Shown: positions 63,728 through 64,000 of the stretch, piece by piece | How the letters are laid out: the number at the start of each line of letters is the position of its first letter | Numbering within the stretch: the stretch's first letter is position 1 | Source: a virus | Direction: 5' to 3' (one strand) | Length of the DNA: 64,000 nt | IMG/VR virus record: IMGVR_UViG_3300045988_182866 | Made by a program: the position numbers and the translations under genes | The notes under the pieces: model-generated | Databases searched by the model: none | What the model saw: only the letters and a program-made list of their open reading frames with translations | What the model was told of the DNA's origin: nothing

Positions 63728-64000
63728 ATGACGGATTCAGCTGAACCAATTTATCCTGACATTAGACTTTTATATTATTTGTTTGATCCTGAGACAAAAG
63801 AATATCTTTGCTTATATTCTCCTGTCCCTAATCCTTATTATAGTCCTAAGAAAAACCCGGAATCTAAACCTTATATGCCGTTGCCTTCCAATGTAACGGA
63901 TAAAGAACCATTGGAAACTGCTGAAAATCAAGTTACAGTCTTTGACAAGAAGACTCAAAAATGGAGTATTAAGGTTGATTTCAGGAATAAAAAATATTGG
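63728..64000 (+). CDS. Partial CDS (5' end), hypothetical protein that continues beyond the window.
   Basis: An ATG at 63728 opens a frame that runs to the end of the window with no stop. Confidence 0.35.
   Translation, partial: MTDSAEPIYPDIRLLYYLFDPETKEYLCLYSPVPNPYYSPKKNPESKPYMPLPSNVTDKEPLETAENQVTVFDKKTQKWSIKVDFRNKKYW

Overview
This window is AT-rich (GC visibly low, roughly 30% by eye) and densely packed with genes. It reads as a segment of a large T4-like (Straboviridae-type) dsDNA phage genome.

Layout:
- 1-11.7 kb: a block of very large plus-strand virion/tail-fibre genes joined by TAATG stop/start overlaps, then a converging tail-fibre gene whose C-terminus resembles the T4 gp12 receptor-binding tip.
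- 14-39.7 kb, minus strand: a T4-like replication/recombination module. It holds gp61-like primase, RNase H/FEN, a putative gp45-like clamp, gp32 SSB, a gp59-like loader, gp41 DnaB-type helicase, UvsX, family-B DNA polymerase, a P-loop kinase, gp46/gp47 (Rad50/Mre11), a gp55-like late sigma factor and an SF2 helicase.
- Elsewhere: a DNA cytosine-5 methyltransferase, a Rad3/XPD-type Fe-S helicase, a DprA/SLOG-like protein, a T4 gp20-like portal, LRR-repeat proteins, a metallophosphoesterase, a GIY-YIG nuclease and many small hypotheticals.

Findings worth a second look:
- (1) A G-segment-like invertible cassette at the 3' end of the tail-fibre gene. Two 69-bp inverted repeats, mostly synonymously diverged, flank a 574-bp segment. 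That segment carries a start-less alternative fibre-tip exon facing the current tip across a bidirectional terminator. No invertase lies within the window.
- (2) An IS200/IS605-family TnpB-only element with intact RuvC/Zn-finger residues and a perfect subterminal hairpin. It is inserted in frame-preserving fashion into a homing-endonuclease-like gene built from tandem zinc-ribbon modules plus a DUF559/Vsr-like domain. Two further paralogs of that gene are present, one of them intact.
- (3) A 760-bp non-coding island made of perfect AT-rich palindromes and iterons, interrupted by three GC-rich CGCGCG-core elements that include a perfect 20-bp GC palindrome.
- (4) Near-identical 33-bp terminator hairpins reused at two distant convergent gene junctions.
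- (5) A C5-MTase with SCQ in place of the canonical PCQ.
- (6) A histone-H1-like lysine/alanine-tailed protein in the replication module, and LRR proteins next to the portal.

No tRNA, rRNA or CRISPR array was found. All homology statements come from reading motifs by eye, not from database searches.
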